Below, piece by piece: positions 25,828 through 34,170 of a DNA stretch of 64,000 nt. The notes beneath the pieces were generated by a model. That model was not told the DNA's origin. It was given only the letters and a program-made list of their open reading frames with translations, and searched no databases. The first letter of the stretch is position 1; each line of letters starts with the position of its first letter. Origin of the DNA: an uncultured beta proteobacterium (GTDB lineage Bacteria > Pseudomonadota > Gammaproteobacteria > Burkholderiales > Burkholderiaceae_C). Both the position numbers and the translations under genes were made by a program. The DNA lies in contig CAIMZI010000023.1 of assembly GCA_903845935.1 (NCBI GenBank), positions 693 through 64,692 of the forward strand. The letters run 5' to 3'.

Positions 25828-26283
25828 TTAGATTGACGCGTCAAAGAGCTGGCCTTCATGGATGCCATCCATGCCGTGCTTGAAGCCCATGCGCTCCATG
25901 TGCTGCTCCACGTTGAAGATCATGGTGTGCAGGGTCTGACTGCCCAGCTCCTCCACCAGCTGTTTTTCCATCTGGTAGCGCAGCGTCAGCAAGGCTCTCA
26001 GCTCCTCCAGAAAGGGTTGTTGATGCGGCGTCAGTGCCAAGCCCGGCGCCAGCGCACTGCGCAAGCCCACATCGGTTCCGAGCTCCAGGCCCAGTGCAAT
26101 CGCCAGCCTTGCAATGCGGGTGTTGAGACTTTCCAGTGCCACTTCTTTGCGCGCCATCAGGTCCCCGCGAACCACCAAATCCGCTTGTTCTTCGGCAGGG
26201 GTTTTGCTTGCGGGCGTGGAATAGGTCATGACGGTGCGGGCAGGTTGGGGTGACTTCATTATTGGAGCGAAAATGAACTTCAC
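25828..26283 (-). CDS. hypothetical protein
   Basis: ORF of 151 aa with no recognised family. The start is uncertain (GTG 26283, ATG 26259 or ATG 26229, none with a clear SD). Confidence 0.4.
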   Translation of the reverse strand: MKFIFAPIMKSPQPARTVMTYSTPASKTPAEEQADLVVRGDLMARKEVALESLNTRIARLAIALGLELGTDVGLRSALAPGLALTPHQQPFLEELRALLTLRYQMEKQLVEELGSQTLHTMIFNVEQHMERMGFKHGMDGIHEGQLFDASI

Positions 26284-26387
26284 GAACCGTTACCAAAATG
26301 TGTGTGTAAAGTTCTGCCAAAGAGTGTCATTCAAGCCGAAAATTCCAGCGAATACGAAGGCCATGGCAGTAAGAAGGGGCGATACCT

Positions 26388-28493
26388 ATGTTCAAAAATA
26401 CAGCTTTGCTGATGGCGCTGACCAGCGCAGTCTTATTGGCCGCTTGCGGTGGTGGTGGTGGCTCGACCGATGTCACCACGGCATCTGCGTCTATTGCACC
26501 GCAGTTTCACGCCAGCGTCCAGCCTGCCGTCTCTGGGGCTAGCGGGTACCGGGGCACGCTGAGCCCCTCGGACCTGATCAACCACTACAACATCATCAAC
26601 AACTACAACGGTGCGGGGCAAACCATTGCCATCGTGGATGCAGTAGGAAAAACCTCTCCCATTGCCGCAGACCTGAATACGTTCAGCAGCTATTACGGCC
26701 TGCCCCAGTGCAACAGCGCCAACCCCTGCCTGCAAACCATCAGCATGAGTTCCAACCCGACAACCGTCGCGGGCTGGGAGGGCGAAACCGCCCTGGACAT
26801 TCAATGGGCCCACGCCATTGCACCCGCAGCGACCATCGTTCTGGTGCAGGCGGCAAGCGATTCCGCAAGCGACCTGTTTGCTGCGGTCCAGCGAGCCCAG
26901 GCCATCCCCGGGGTGGTCGCAATTTCCATGAGCTGGGGGGCGCTGGAGTTCGCGTCAGAGACCCAATACGACAGCCTGTTCTCCGGAAAACCGGGCATTG
27001 CTTACTTTGCCGCCACCGGAGACAACGGTGACAAGGCCAACTACCAGTCCACCATCTATCCCGCAGCTTCTCCCTATGTCACGGCGGTAGGCGGAACCAG
27101 CATCAACAGCCTGACGGCACCTGTGTCCGAAATCGCCTGGAGCGGCGGCGGCGGCGGTTACAGCAAATATGAAATCCAGCCCGGATTTCAAAGCAATTTT
27201 CTGAACGCCACCAACGATCCCACCCTGGCGCTCAACCAGGGTCACAGAAGTCTGCCGGACGTGGCCTACAACGCCGGGACTCCGGTGGGCATCGTGGTCA
27301 ACGGCTCATGGCAGGCAGTGGCGGGGACCAGTGCAGCGGCGCCGCAGTGGGCGGCCATTGCAGCCCGCTTGGCGCAATATCTGCAAGCCCAAGGCACCTC
27401 ATTGCCCGCCCAATTGACGATGGTGGGTGGCTTCAATAGTGTGCTCTACCAGGTCAAACTCAACTCCGCGTTTCAGGACATTGTGTCTGGCACCAACAAT
27501 GCGGGCAATTCGCCCTGCGGCGTCTGCTCTGCAACCACCGGCTACGACGACCTGACCGGCCTGGGAGTGCCGGACGTCACAAACCTGTTGTCCGATATTT
27601 TGAGCCCGAGCACGCCATCAGTGCCCACGCCAGCACCAACCCCACCTGCCGCTCCGACATCGGTGTCGGTCGTTGCTGGAAGCCAGTCCGCCACGATTAG
27701 CTTTGCCGCCGTGACCGGAGCCACCTCCTACACGGCCATCTCAACTCCGGGCGGCATCAGCAGCACGTCAACGGCCTCACCGATTGTGGTCACAGGCTTG
27801 ACCAACGGTGTCGCCTACACGTTCAATGTGACCGCGTCCAACGCTGCGGGCAGCAGTACGGCGAAGACCACCGTATCGGTCACGCCGGTGGCTGCGTTCG
27901 GCATCCCGGTGGCACCGGCCAGCGCGTCGGCTGTTGCCGGCAATGGCTCTGCCACCATCACGTTTGCAACCCAGGCGGGCGCGAATTACTACACCATTAC
28001 CGCCATGCCCGGCAATCTGACGGGGCGCGTGTTCGGCAGCCCGGTGACGGCTATCGGGCTTCACAACGGCACCGCCTACAGCTTTGGCATCACGGCGACA
28101 AATACTGCGGGGACCAGTGCGGCAACCACCACCAACAGCGTCACGCCTTTCCTGCCGGCTCCTGCCGCACCGTCCAACGTCTCAGCCATCGCGGGCAATG
28201 GCTCGGCCCGGATAACTTTCGGCAACGTCCTGAATGCAAGCTCCTACACCGTGGTGACCACGCCTGGGGGTGCGAGCGTGAACCAGGCCTATGGTCCGAT
28301 CACCATAAGCGGCCTGACCAATGGCACGGCCTATACCTTTGCGGTGAGCGCCAAAAACAGCAGCGGAACCAGCGCTGCCACGGGCTCCAATTCGGTAGTG
28401 CCAACGGCAACGGTCACCAGCCCGATTCATTCCAATGGCGGAGCCTGTGCCACCATCACCATTGCCCACCAAGCCTATCAAATTTGCCACTGA
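26388..28493 (+). CDS. S53 (sedolisin) family serine peptidase lipoprotein with three C-terminal Fn3-like repeats
   Basis: Lipobox LLAAC-GGGGGS. Sedolisin motifs GQTIAIVDAVG, EGETALDIQWAHAIAP, FAATGDNGD and AGTSAAAPQWAA (Ser nucleophile). Fn3-like repeats follow (see the repeat feature). Confidence 0.8.
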   Translation: MFKNTALLMALTSAVLLAACGGGGGSTDVTTASASIAPQFHASVQPAVSGASGYRGTLSPSDLINHYNIINNYNGAGQTIAIVDAVGKTSPIAADLNTFSSYYGLPQCNSANPCLQTISMSSNPTTVAGWEGETALDIQWAHAIAPAATIVLVQAASDSASDLFAAVQRAQAIPGVVAISMSWGALEFASETQYDSLFSGKPGIAYFAATGDNGDKANYQSTIYPAASPYVTAVGGTSINSLTAPVSEIAWSGGGGGYSKYEIQPGFQSNFLNATNDPTLALNQGHRSLPDVAYNAGTPVGIVVNGSWQAVAGTSAAAPQWAAIAARLAQYLQAQGTSLPAQLTMVGGFNSVLYQVKLNSAFQDIVSGTNNAGNSPCGVCSATTGYDDLTGLGVPDVTNLLSDILSPSTPSVPTPAPTPPAAPTSVSVVAGSQSATISFAAVTGATSYTAISTPGGISSTSTASPIVVTGLTNGVAYTFNVTASNAAGSSTAKTTVSVTPVAAFGIPVAPASASAVAGNGSATITFATQAGANYYTITAMPGNLTGRVFGSPVTAIGLHNGTAYSFGITATNTAGTSAATTTNSVTPFLPAPAAPSNVSAIAGNGSARITFGNVLNASSYTVVTTPGGASVNQAYGPITISGLTNGTAYTFAVSAKNSSGTSAATGSNSVVPTATVTSPIHSNGGACATITIAHQAYQICH
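27642..28403 (+). repeat. three tandem Fn3-like domain repeats inside the sedolisin gene
   Basis: The pattern AP(T/S)xVSxxAGxxSAxI(S/T)F...SYT...PGG...I(T/V)GLTNG(T/V)AYTFxV(T/S)AxNxxG(T/S)S occurs 3 times (aa ~419-500, ~507-587, ~593-672). Confidence 0.7.
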
Positions 28494-28647
28494 AACCCGG
28501 CCTAAAACATCGGGCACACAGTCCGAAAAAAGGACGGCAAACACCCCGCTTATCGCGGCATGCCGGGGCGCAAACAGCCACAGACTCTATCGCATCAGGA
28601 AGCTTATGGCTTGGGCTTCCGTTTTTGCACTCAGATCGGAGTTCGGC

Positions 28648-28998
28648 ATGGGTATGCGCATCGACAGTTCGGCATCCACAGGCGCAACGCAAGGCGTTGC
28701 CATGGCCAATTGGCAGCAAAAACAGCAAAGTTTCAAAGACCTATTTTCTTCCCTGCAATCCGGCAACCTGAGTTCGGCGCAGGCCGCGCTGAAGAGCCTG
28801 ACGGGTGGCACGGTCAACAGCAGCAGCCCATTGGCATCCATTGCCCAGGCACTGCAGTCGGGCGATTTGGCTGGAGCACAAAAGGCAGCACAAGACTTTC
28901 AGGCCAAGCGCGCCGGCCACCATGCGGGTGCGCAAAGCGCTGCGGCGGCACCCGCTGCTGCCTCCTATAGTCCCGGCTCGCTGAGCATCATGGCCTAA
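28648..28998 (+). CDS. small low-complexity protein with LQSG(N/D)L-x2-AQ repeats (hypothetical)
   Basis: ORF 28435-28998 trimmed to ATG 28648 (GGAG 7 nt upstream). The 116-aa product has the internal repeat LQSGNLSSAQAALKSL / LQSGDLAGAQKAAQDF, plus a KRAGHHAG motif. Confidence 0.5.
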   Translation: MGMRIDSSASTGATQGVAMANWQQKQQSFKDLFSSLQSGNLSSAQAALKSLTGGTVNSSSPLASIAQALQSGDLAGAQKAAQDFQAKRAGHHAGAQSAAAAPAAASYSPGSLSIMA

Positions 28999-29026
28999 CC
29001 ATATTCCAACAGACCGTGCGCACGCA

Positions 29027-29626
29027 ATGCCGCCCTTGTTACTGATCAGCGGTAGCCAACGGGCAGAGTCGTGGAATGCACGCTTGCTGGACCATCTCAC
29101 CTTTTCACTGCAATGGCAATGTGAGGTCGACCTGCTGGAGCCAAAAAGCATAGGCCTACCCCTGTTTGATCAGGATCTGGAGACCGATGCAGCCGTGAGA
29201 AAAGCCCTGGACGGGCTGTACCCACGCTTTGCCAACTGCAGCGGCATCCTCGTCGCCTGCCCCGAATACAACGGACAGGCCACACCGCTGCTCAAAAACA
29301 CCATCGACTGGGTGTCAAGGCTGGCGCACCTAGACACACGCTTCGACAACCCGTTTCATAACAAACCCATGCTGCTGTGCAGCGCCTCCACCGGCTGGAG
29401 CAGTGGCGCATTGGTGATTCAAAATCTGCGCTCCTTGTTTGGCTACCTGGGCGCCCTGGTGGTGGGGCCCAGCATCGGCATCGCACGGGCAGCCGACCGA
29501 TGGACCCCGGATGGATTCGAGTTTGACGACTCCACCGAGTTGCAAATCGAGGCAGCGCTGTCGGCCCTGCTGCAAGCGGCGAGCCACTATCAGCCCATGG
29601 GCGAACCCGGATCACAGCAGGTTTAG
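29027..29626 (+). CDS. NAD(P)H-dependent FMN reductase family protein
   Basis: 199 aa with LLISGSQRAESWN and ACPEYNGQATPLLKNTIDWVSR, typical of the NADPH-dependent FMN reductase fold. Confidence 0.75.
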   Translation: MPPLLLISGSQRAESWNARLLDHLTFSLQWQCEVDLLEPKSIGLPLFDQDLETDAAVRKALDGLYPRFANCSGILVACPEYNGQATPLLKNTIDWVSRLAHLDTRFDNPFHNKPMLLCSASTGWSSGALVIQNLRSLFGYLGALVVGPSIGIARAADRWTPDGFEFDDSTELQIEAALSALLQAASHYQPMGEPGSQQV

Positions 29627-29644
29627 ACACATCCCAATTGCAGC

Positions 29645-30952
29645 ATGGCACACCTACTCATCATTGAATTACCCGGCGGCAACGACTGCGACCTGGTGCA
29701 AGCGGCGCTGGACCGGGGCGACCGCTTTAGCTTTCTCAGCGCCAATCTGGGCCATTACATGGAGCAGGACGCGGTATGGACCAGGTTGGTGCAGGCCCAG
29801 CATCTGCTGGAGTTGCCAGACTTTGCGTTTGAGGCGGTTACGCAAGCGGTGTTGCAGGTACACGCAAAAGATCCCATCGACGCGGTGCTGTGCCTGCTCG
29901 ATATACGCCTGGTGGAGGCCGCCTGCCTGGCCGAAATGCTGGCGCTCAAGCATGTCAAGGCCGCAGACTCCGTGCGGCTGCGCGACAAATACAGCGTGCG
30001 CCGCAGCTTGGCCGAGGCCGGCATTGCACAGCCTGAATTTGCCCTGGCGTGTTCCAACGTCGAGTTGAAGCAAGCCGTGGCGCAACTGGGCCTGCCGGTG
30101 TTGGTCAAGCCCTCGGACGGCTACGCATCGCAAAACATTGCCATGTTGCGTTACCCGGAAGACCTGGACCCGCTGTGGAGCCCGCTAGAAAACATGCTGC
30201 CTTCGGGTGCAGACTATGGCTTGGGAGTGCGCGCCAACGACCGCTTGATGGTTGAGCGTCTGCTGGAGGGTACGGTAATCGGTTGCGATACGCTCAGCAT
30301 GGACGGCCACCACCGCCTGCTGGGCATCCATGAAAAGCTTTTTTTTGAAGCGCCCTCGTTTGCGATTCAGGGCAGCTGCTTTGCCACCGACCATCCCCAG
30401 TTTGATGCCATCGAGCGCTATGTATTCGGCTTGCTCGACACCCTGCGCTTCAACTGGGGCGCCACCCATACCGAACTGATGTTGACAGCCGACGGCCCAC
30501 GCCTGATCGAGGTGAATGGCCGCCTGGTGGGCGCCAAGATTGCCCGGCTGGTGAACTACGCGCTGGACTGGTCTTTTCATTCGGCCCTGATTGACGTGCA
30601 TCTGGGCCTGGAGCCAGAGCTGCCTGCTGTGCGCGACGAACCGGTGTTTGCCGTCACCTGCTGGATCGTGGCGAGCCAGGCCGGTGTGCTGGCCCATGTC
30701 GCCCTGCCGGTGGCAACCGACCCGCGCATACGCTGTGTGGAGCTGATGAAGAAGCCCGGCGACGCGGTGCGACCACCGACTGAAAATGCCGACCGTATCG
30801 GCTATGTCATGGTGTGCGCCAACACCAGGGCCGCGGCCGAGGCTCTGGCCGAACAATTTGTCGCCCAGAGCACGGTGATGCTACAGGCCACGCCGACGGT
30901 GAATCCCTCGGAATCCGACCAGGAACCCCAGTTCTTCAAGCAGGCCGCATGA
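29645..30952 (+). CDS. ATP-grasp domain protein (L-amino-acid-ligase-like)
   Basis: 435 aa with LPVLVKPSDGYASQNI (ATP-grasp Lys loop) and HTELMLTADGPRLIEVNGRLVG (Mg/ATP site). The N-terminus LLIIELPGGND resembles BacD/RizA-type ligases. Confidence 0.7.
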   Translation: MAHLLIIELPGGNDCDLVQAALDRGDRFSFLSANLGHYMEQDAVWTRLVQAQHLLELPDFAFEAVTQAVLQVHAKDPIDAVLCLLDIRLVEAACLAEMLALKHVKAADSVRLRDKYSVRRSLAEAGIAQPEFALACSNVELKQAVAQLGLPVLVKPSDGYASQNIAMLRYPEDLDPLWSPLENMLPSGADYGLGVRANDRLMVERLLEGTVIGCDTLSMDGHHRLLGIHEKLFFEAPSFAIQGSCFATDHPQFDAIERYVFGLLDTLRFNWGATHTELMLTADGPRLIEVNGRLVGAKIARLVNYALDWSFHSALIDVHLGLEPELPAVRDEPVFAVTCWIVASQAGVLAHVALPVATDPRIRCVELMKKPGDAVRPPTENADRIGYVMVCANTRAAAEALAEQFVAQSTVMLQATPTVNPSESDQEPQFFKQAA

Positions 30953-32310
30953 GCGTCCAATTGCAAAAACCATCCACTACTTTCACAGCTACCTGGGGCG
31001 TGCTGTGCCTGCTATTTGTCATCAACCTGCTGAACTTTGTGGATCGCATGATTCCCGCCGTGGTGCTGGAAGACATACGCAAGGCCTACGGCCTGAGCGA
31101 CCTGTGGTTGGGCATTCTGGTGTCCTCGTTCACGGTGGCGTTTGCGCTCGGTGGCCTGCCGCTGGGCCGCCTGGCCGATACCTGGATCCGCAAGCATGTG
31201 CTGACCGGCGGCGTGCTGATCTGGAGCGCATTCACGGCACTGTCCGGTCTGGCGCCCAACTTTTTGAGCTTTTATGTGGCTAGACTGGGTGTGGGCCTGG
31301 GCGAGGCCAGCTACGGCCCGGCGGCAGTGTCCCTGATTGGCGACCTGTTTCCCAGGGCCTGGCGTGGTCGCGCCATGGGCCTGTTCATGCTGGGCCTGCC
31401 GATTGGCATTTCACTCAGCTTCATCGTCATCTCCAAGATCAAGGTGTTGACCGGTTCCTGGCAAACTCCCTTTGTGCTGGCCGGTGTCGCGGGTCTGCTG
31501 GTGGGTGGCCTGCTGCTGCTCATCCGTGAGCCGCAGCGCGGCGCTCAGGAGGCAGAGACAGGCGCCACACTGAAAAAGTTGGATCAGCCCTTTCGCAAGG
31601 TTTTTGCCATCAAGACCCTGTGGTGGATTTGCCTATCGGGCGTGAGCGTCAACATGGCGTCCTACGGCACCAACACCTTTTTCAATTCCCTGCTGCAGCG
31701 CTACTACGGCGTGGCCTCCATGGACGCGGGCTGGATGGCCGCCGCCGTGCTGGGCCTCACCGGCCTGCTGGCCATGACCTTGGGAGCCTATCTGGCCGAC
31801 CTGGCGCATAGGCGCAATGTCAACGGGCGCCTCAAACTAGGCGCCTATTGCCTGCTGGCAGCAGCCCCCTTGGTAGCCATGGCCCTGTGCCAGCCACGGG
31901 GCAGTGACCTGAGCGTCTTCATGCTGCTATACGGCGCGGGTTGGGTGCTGTTCTTTATGTATTACGTGTCGGTCTATACCGCCGTGCAGGATGTGGTGGA
32001 GCCGCGTCTGCGTGCTACCGCCATGGCCGTTTACTTTGCAGCGCAATACCTGGTCGGCTCCACCCTGGGCACCACGCTGGTGGGTGGCCTGTCCGATTAC
32101 TTTGGCAAGCAGCAAATGGCGGCTGCCGGTGCCGCAGCGATGACCGATGCATTCAAGGGCCAGGGCCTGCACTTGGCCATGTTCATGGTGCCCGTCATGC
32201 TGCTGGCAACCGGTCTGGTGCTGCTGATGGCCTCGCGCGGCTTGGTGCGCGATGTCGAAAAACTTCACAAAGGTTTGCCGCTTCACTCGGCTTCCGCAAG
32301 CTGCTTGTAG
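30949..32310 (+). CDS. MFS transporter
   Basis: ORF 30814-32310 trimmed to ATG 30949 (ATGA overlap with the ATP-grasp stop). The 453-aa product has ~12 TM segments and the MFS motif GGLPLGRLADTWIRK. Confidence 0.8.
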   Translation: MSVQLQKPSTTFTATWGVLCLLFVINLLNFVDRMIPAVVLEDIRKAYGLSDLWLGILVSSFTVAFALGGLPLGRLADTWIRKHVLTGGVLIWSAFTALSGLAPNFLSFYVARLGVGLGEASYGPAAVSLIGDLFPRAWRGRAMGLFMLGLPIGISLSFIVISKIKVLTGSWQTPFVLAGVAGLLVGGLLLLIREPQRGAQEAETGATLKKLDQPFRKVFAIKTLWWICLSGVSVNMASYGTNTFFNSLLQRYYGVASMDAGWMAAAVLGLTGLLAMTLGAYLADLAHRRNVNGRLKLGAYCLLAAAPLVAMALCQPRGSDLSVFMLLYGAGWVLFFMYYVSVYTAVQDVVEPRLRATAMAVYFAAQYLVGSTLGTTLVGGLSDYFGKQQMAAAGAAAMTDAFKGQGLHLAMFMVPVMLLATGLVLLMASRGLVRDVEKLHKGLPLHSASASCL

Positions 32311-32864
32311 GCCTCCACCGGAACCAACACCTTGACCTCATCGCTGATGGCCGGAATGTAAGCCAGCATGCCAAACTCGGATCGCTTGACGGTGGCTGTG
32401 ATGTTGCCGGTACACAGCTCGACCTTGAACGAGGTACTCATGGCACAAGAAAATCGGCTGACCCAGACCGTCAGTGGCCGGGTTACGCCCAGCAGGGTGA
32501 GATGCCCTGCCGCAGCCACCACCCGCAATTGATCGTCGAAGAACAACTGATTCGATTCAAACTGAATGCTAGAAAACTCGCGCACCTTCAGAAGCTCAAA
32601 CCCGGGCGATTCCGGTGTAGCCGTACCATGGCCCATGTTCAGCGAGGAGGCGTCTATGGTAAGAGCCACCGAGCCCGACTTCCCCGCACGGTCCAGCACG
32701 ATGCGCCCCTGGACCCTGTCAAAACGGCCGGATTGCGTACTCAGTCCCAGGTGCGTGAACTCAAACACCGGCACACTGTGAATCCCATCGAGCAGATAGG
32801 TATCGGCGGCAAGTCCGGGCAATGCAATGCAGACCAGGCCCCATGCAATCAAATGGGAACGCAT
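32283..32864 (-). CDS. YceI family periplasmic protein (copy 1)
   Basis: Trimmed to MRSHLIAWGLVCIALPGLAA (signal peptide). YceI motifs HSVPVFEFTHLGLSTQSGRF and GHLTLLGVTRPL. The start is uncertain (no clear SD). Confidence 0.7.
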   Translation of the reverse strand: MRSHLIAWGLVCIALPGLAADTYLLDGIHSVPVFEFTHLGLSTQSGRFDRVQGRIVLDRAGKSGSVALTIDASSLNMGHGTATPESPGFELLKVREFSSIQFESNQLFFDDQLRVVAAAGHLTLLGVTRPLTVWVSRFSCAMSTSFKVELCTGNITATVKRSEFGMLAYIPAISDEVKVLVPVEAYKQLAEAE

Positions 32865-32911
32865 GTTCAGCGCCGGTTTGCAGACATCACTTTGCAAGGA
32901 ATGGCCGAGCC

Positions 32912-33478
32912 TCAGTCCTTGTAGGCCTCCACCGGAACGCTGATCTTGATCTCGTCACTCACCGTGGGTATGTACTTCACCATGCCGTAATCGGAGCGCT
33001 TCAGGACGGCCGTGATATCGGCCGCGCACATCGCCCTTTTGTTGATCGGATTGGCACCACAGGCAAAGTGGTTCACGGTCACATGAATCGGCTTGGTCAC
33101 GCCCAGCATGGTGAACTGACCGTCCGCCGAGACCACCTTGCTACCCACGAACTGCAACTGGTCCGATTTGAATCCCATGGTCGGAAACTGTTCAATATTG
33201 AACAGCCCCGGCCCACTGACATGCACCGTCCAGGCCCTTGAGCCCATGTCCAATGTGTTGGTGTAAATGGTGAATTCGACAATGCCTTTTTGTGCGGCCA
33301 GGTCCAGCATCACGCGCCCCTCGGTCTTGTCAAAGCGTCCACGCTGGGTGGTAAAGCCCAGATGCTCCACCTCAAAAGTGGGCAGGGTGTATTCCGGGTC
33401 TATCGTGTAACTGTCCGCAGCACACACCGGCAGGGCCAGGGCTGACGCAATACAGCACAGGATGAGGTTCTTGTTCAT
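32912..33478 (-). CDS. YceI family periplasmic protein (copy 2)
   Basis: Trimmed to MNKNLILCCIASALALPVCA with AAGGAG 6 nt upstream. Motifs YTLPTFEVEHLGFTTQRGRF and GQFTMLGVTKPI. It is a tandem paralogue of copy 1. Confidence 0.8.
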   Translation of the reverse strand: MNKNLILCCIASALALPVCAADSYTIDPEYTLPTFEVEHLGFTTQRGRFDKTEGRVMLDLAAQKGIVEFTIYTNTLDMGSRAWTVHVSGPGLFNIEQFPTMGFKSDQLQFVGSKVVSADGQFTMLGVTKPIHVTVNHFACGANPINKRAMCAADITAVLKRSDYGMVKYIPTVSDEIKISVPVEAYKD

Positions 33479-33507
33479 AACGATCTCCTTGGGGTGGGCG
33501 CTCAGCA

Positions 33508-34149
33508 TCAGTCCGGAAAGGCTTGCAGGTAGGCAGCCACTGCCGCCTTGTCGGGGCCGGTCAGCGGGTGGCTAACTGTCTCCATCGGCGTGCCCGGGCG
33601 ACCCTGGGTGTTCTGAAAAATGTCGAGCTGCTTGAGCAGGTAGTCCGCGTGCTGGTTGGCCAGGCGCGGAAAGGCCGCCATGCCCTGTCCGGTCGGACCG
33701 TGGCAGGCGCTGCAGGCAATCACATTCTCGTCGGGCAGACCCTTGTCAAAAATATTCTTGCCGATGGCCCATTGCTTGGCGTCCTCGGGCGGCACCGGGA
33801 GTCGATGAACCGTCTGCTTGGAATAGTAACCGGCCAAGCCGGCAATCTGCTCATCGCTGAGGTGTCGACTCAAGCCCCACATGTACTGGTAGCCGGGTGG
33901 ATCAATGCGTTGGTGGTCGCGAAAATTGTTCAGCTGGCTCACGATGTAGTCTGCCTGTTGTCCTGCCAGGCGAGGAAAGGCCGGACTGGTCGAGTTGCCA
34001 TCCAGTCCATGGCAGTTGGAACAGACCTGGGCGGCAAGGGTCTTGGCCGACACTTCCGGATTGGCAAGATTGCGTGAACGCTCGATATTGGAGCAGCCAG
34101 ACACGACCGCTATTGCTGCTGCGGCCAGCATCACCATGGTTTTATGCAT
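33508..34149 (-). CDS. diheme cytochrome c4-type lipoprotein
   Basis: 213 aa with lipobox VVSGC. It has two CxxCH sites (CSNCHG, CSACHG), each followed by FPRLAGQ/FPRLANQ...Y, the c4 repeat pattern. Confidence 0.8.
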   Translation of the reverse strand: MHKTMVMLAAAAIAVVSGCSNIERSRNLANPEVSAKTLAAQVCSNCHGLDGNSTSPAFPRLAGQQADYIVSQLNNFRDHQRIDPPGYQYMWGLSRHLSDEQIAGLAGYYSKQTVHRLPVPPEDAKQWAIGKNIFDKGLPDENVIACSACHGPTGQGMAAFPRLANQHADYLLKQLDIFQNTQGRPGTPMETVSHPLTGPDKAAVAAYLQAFPD

Positions 34150-34170
34150 TGCGAGTCTCCGAATAGGGTT

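Noticed and set aside
25833-25844. 12-bp perfect palindrome TTGACGCGTCAA as a possible FNR site
   Set aside because: The half-sites are separated by 2 nt, not 4. The palindrome also lies inside the 3' end of the 25828-26283 coding sequence.
27642-28403. Periodic DNA repeats of ~250 bp that could suggest a repeat array or CRISPR
   Set aside because: They are in-frame Fn3-like protein domain repeats within the sedolisin gene. The units are divergent, and there are no short identical repeats with unique spacers.
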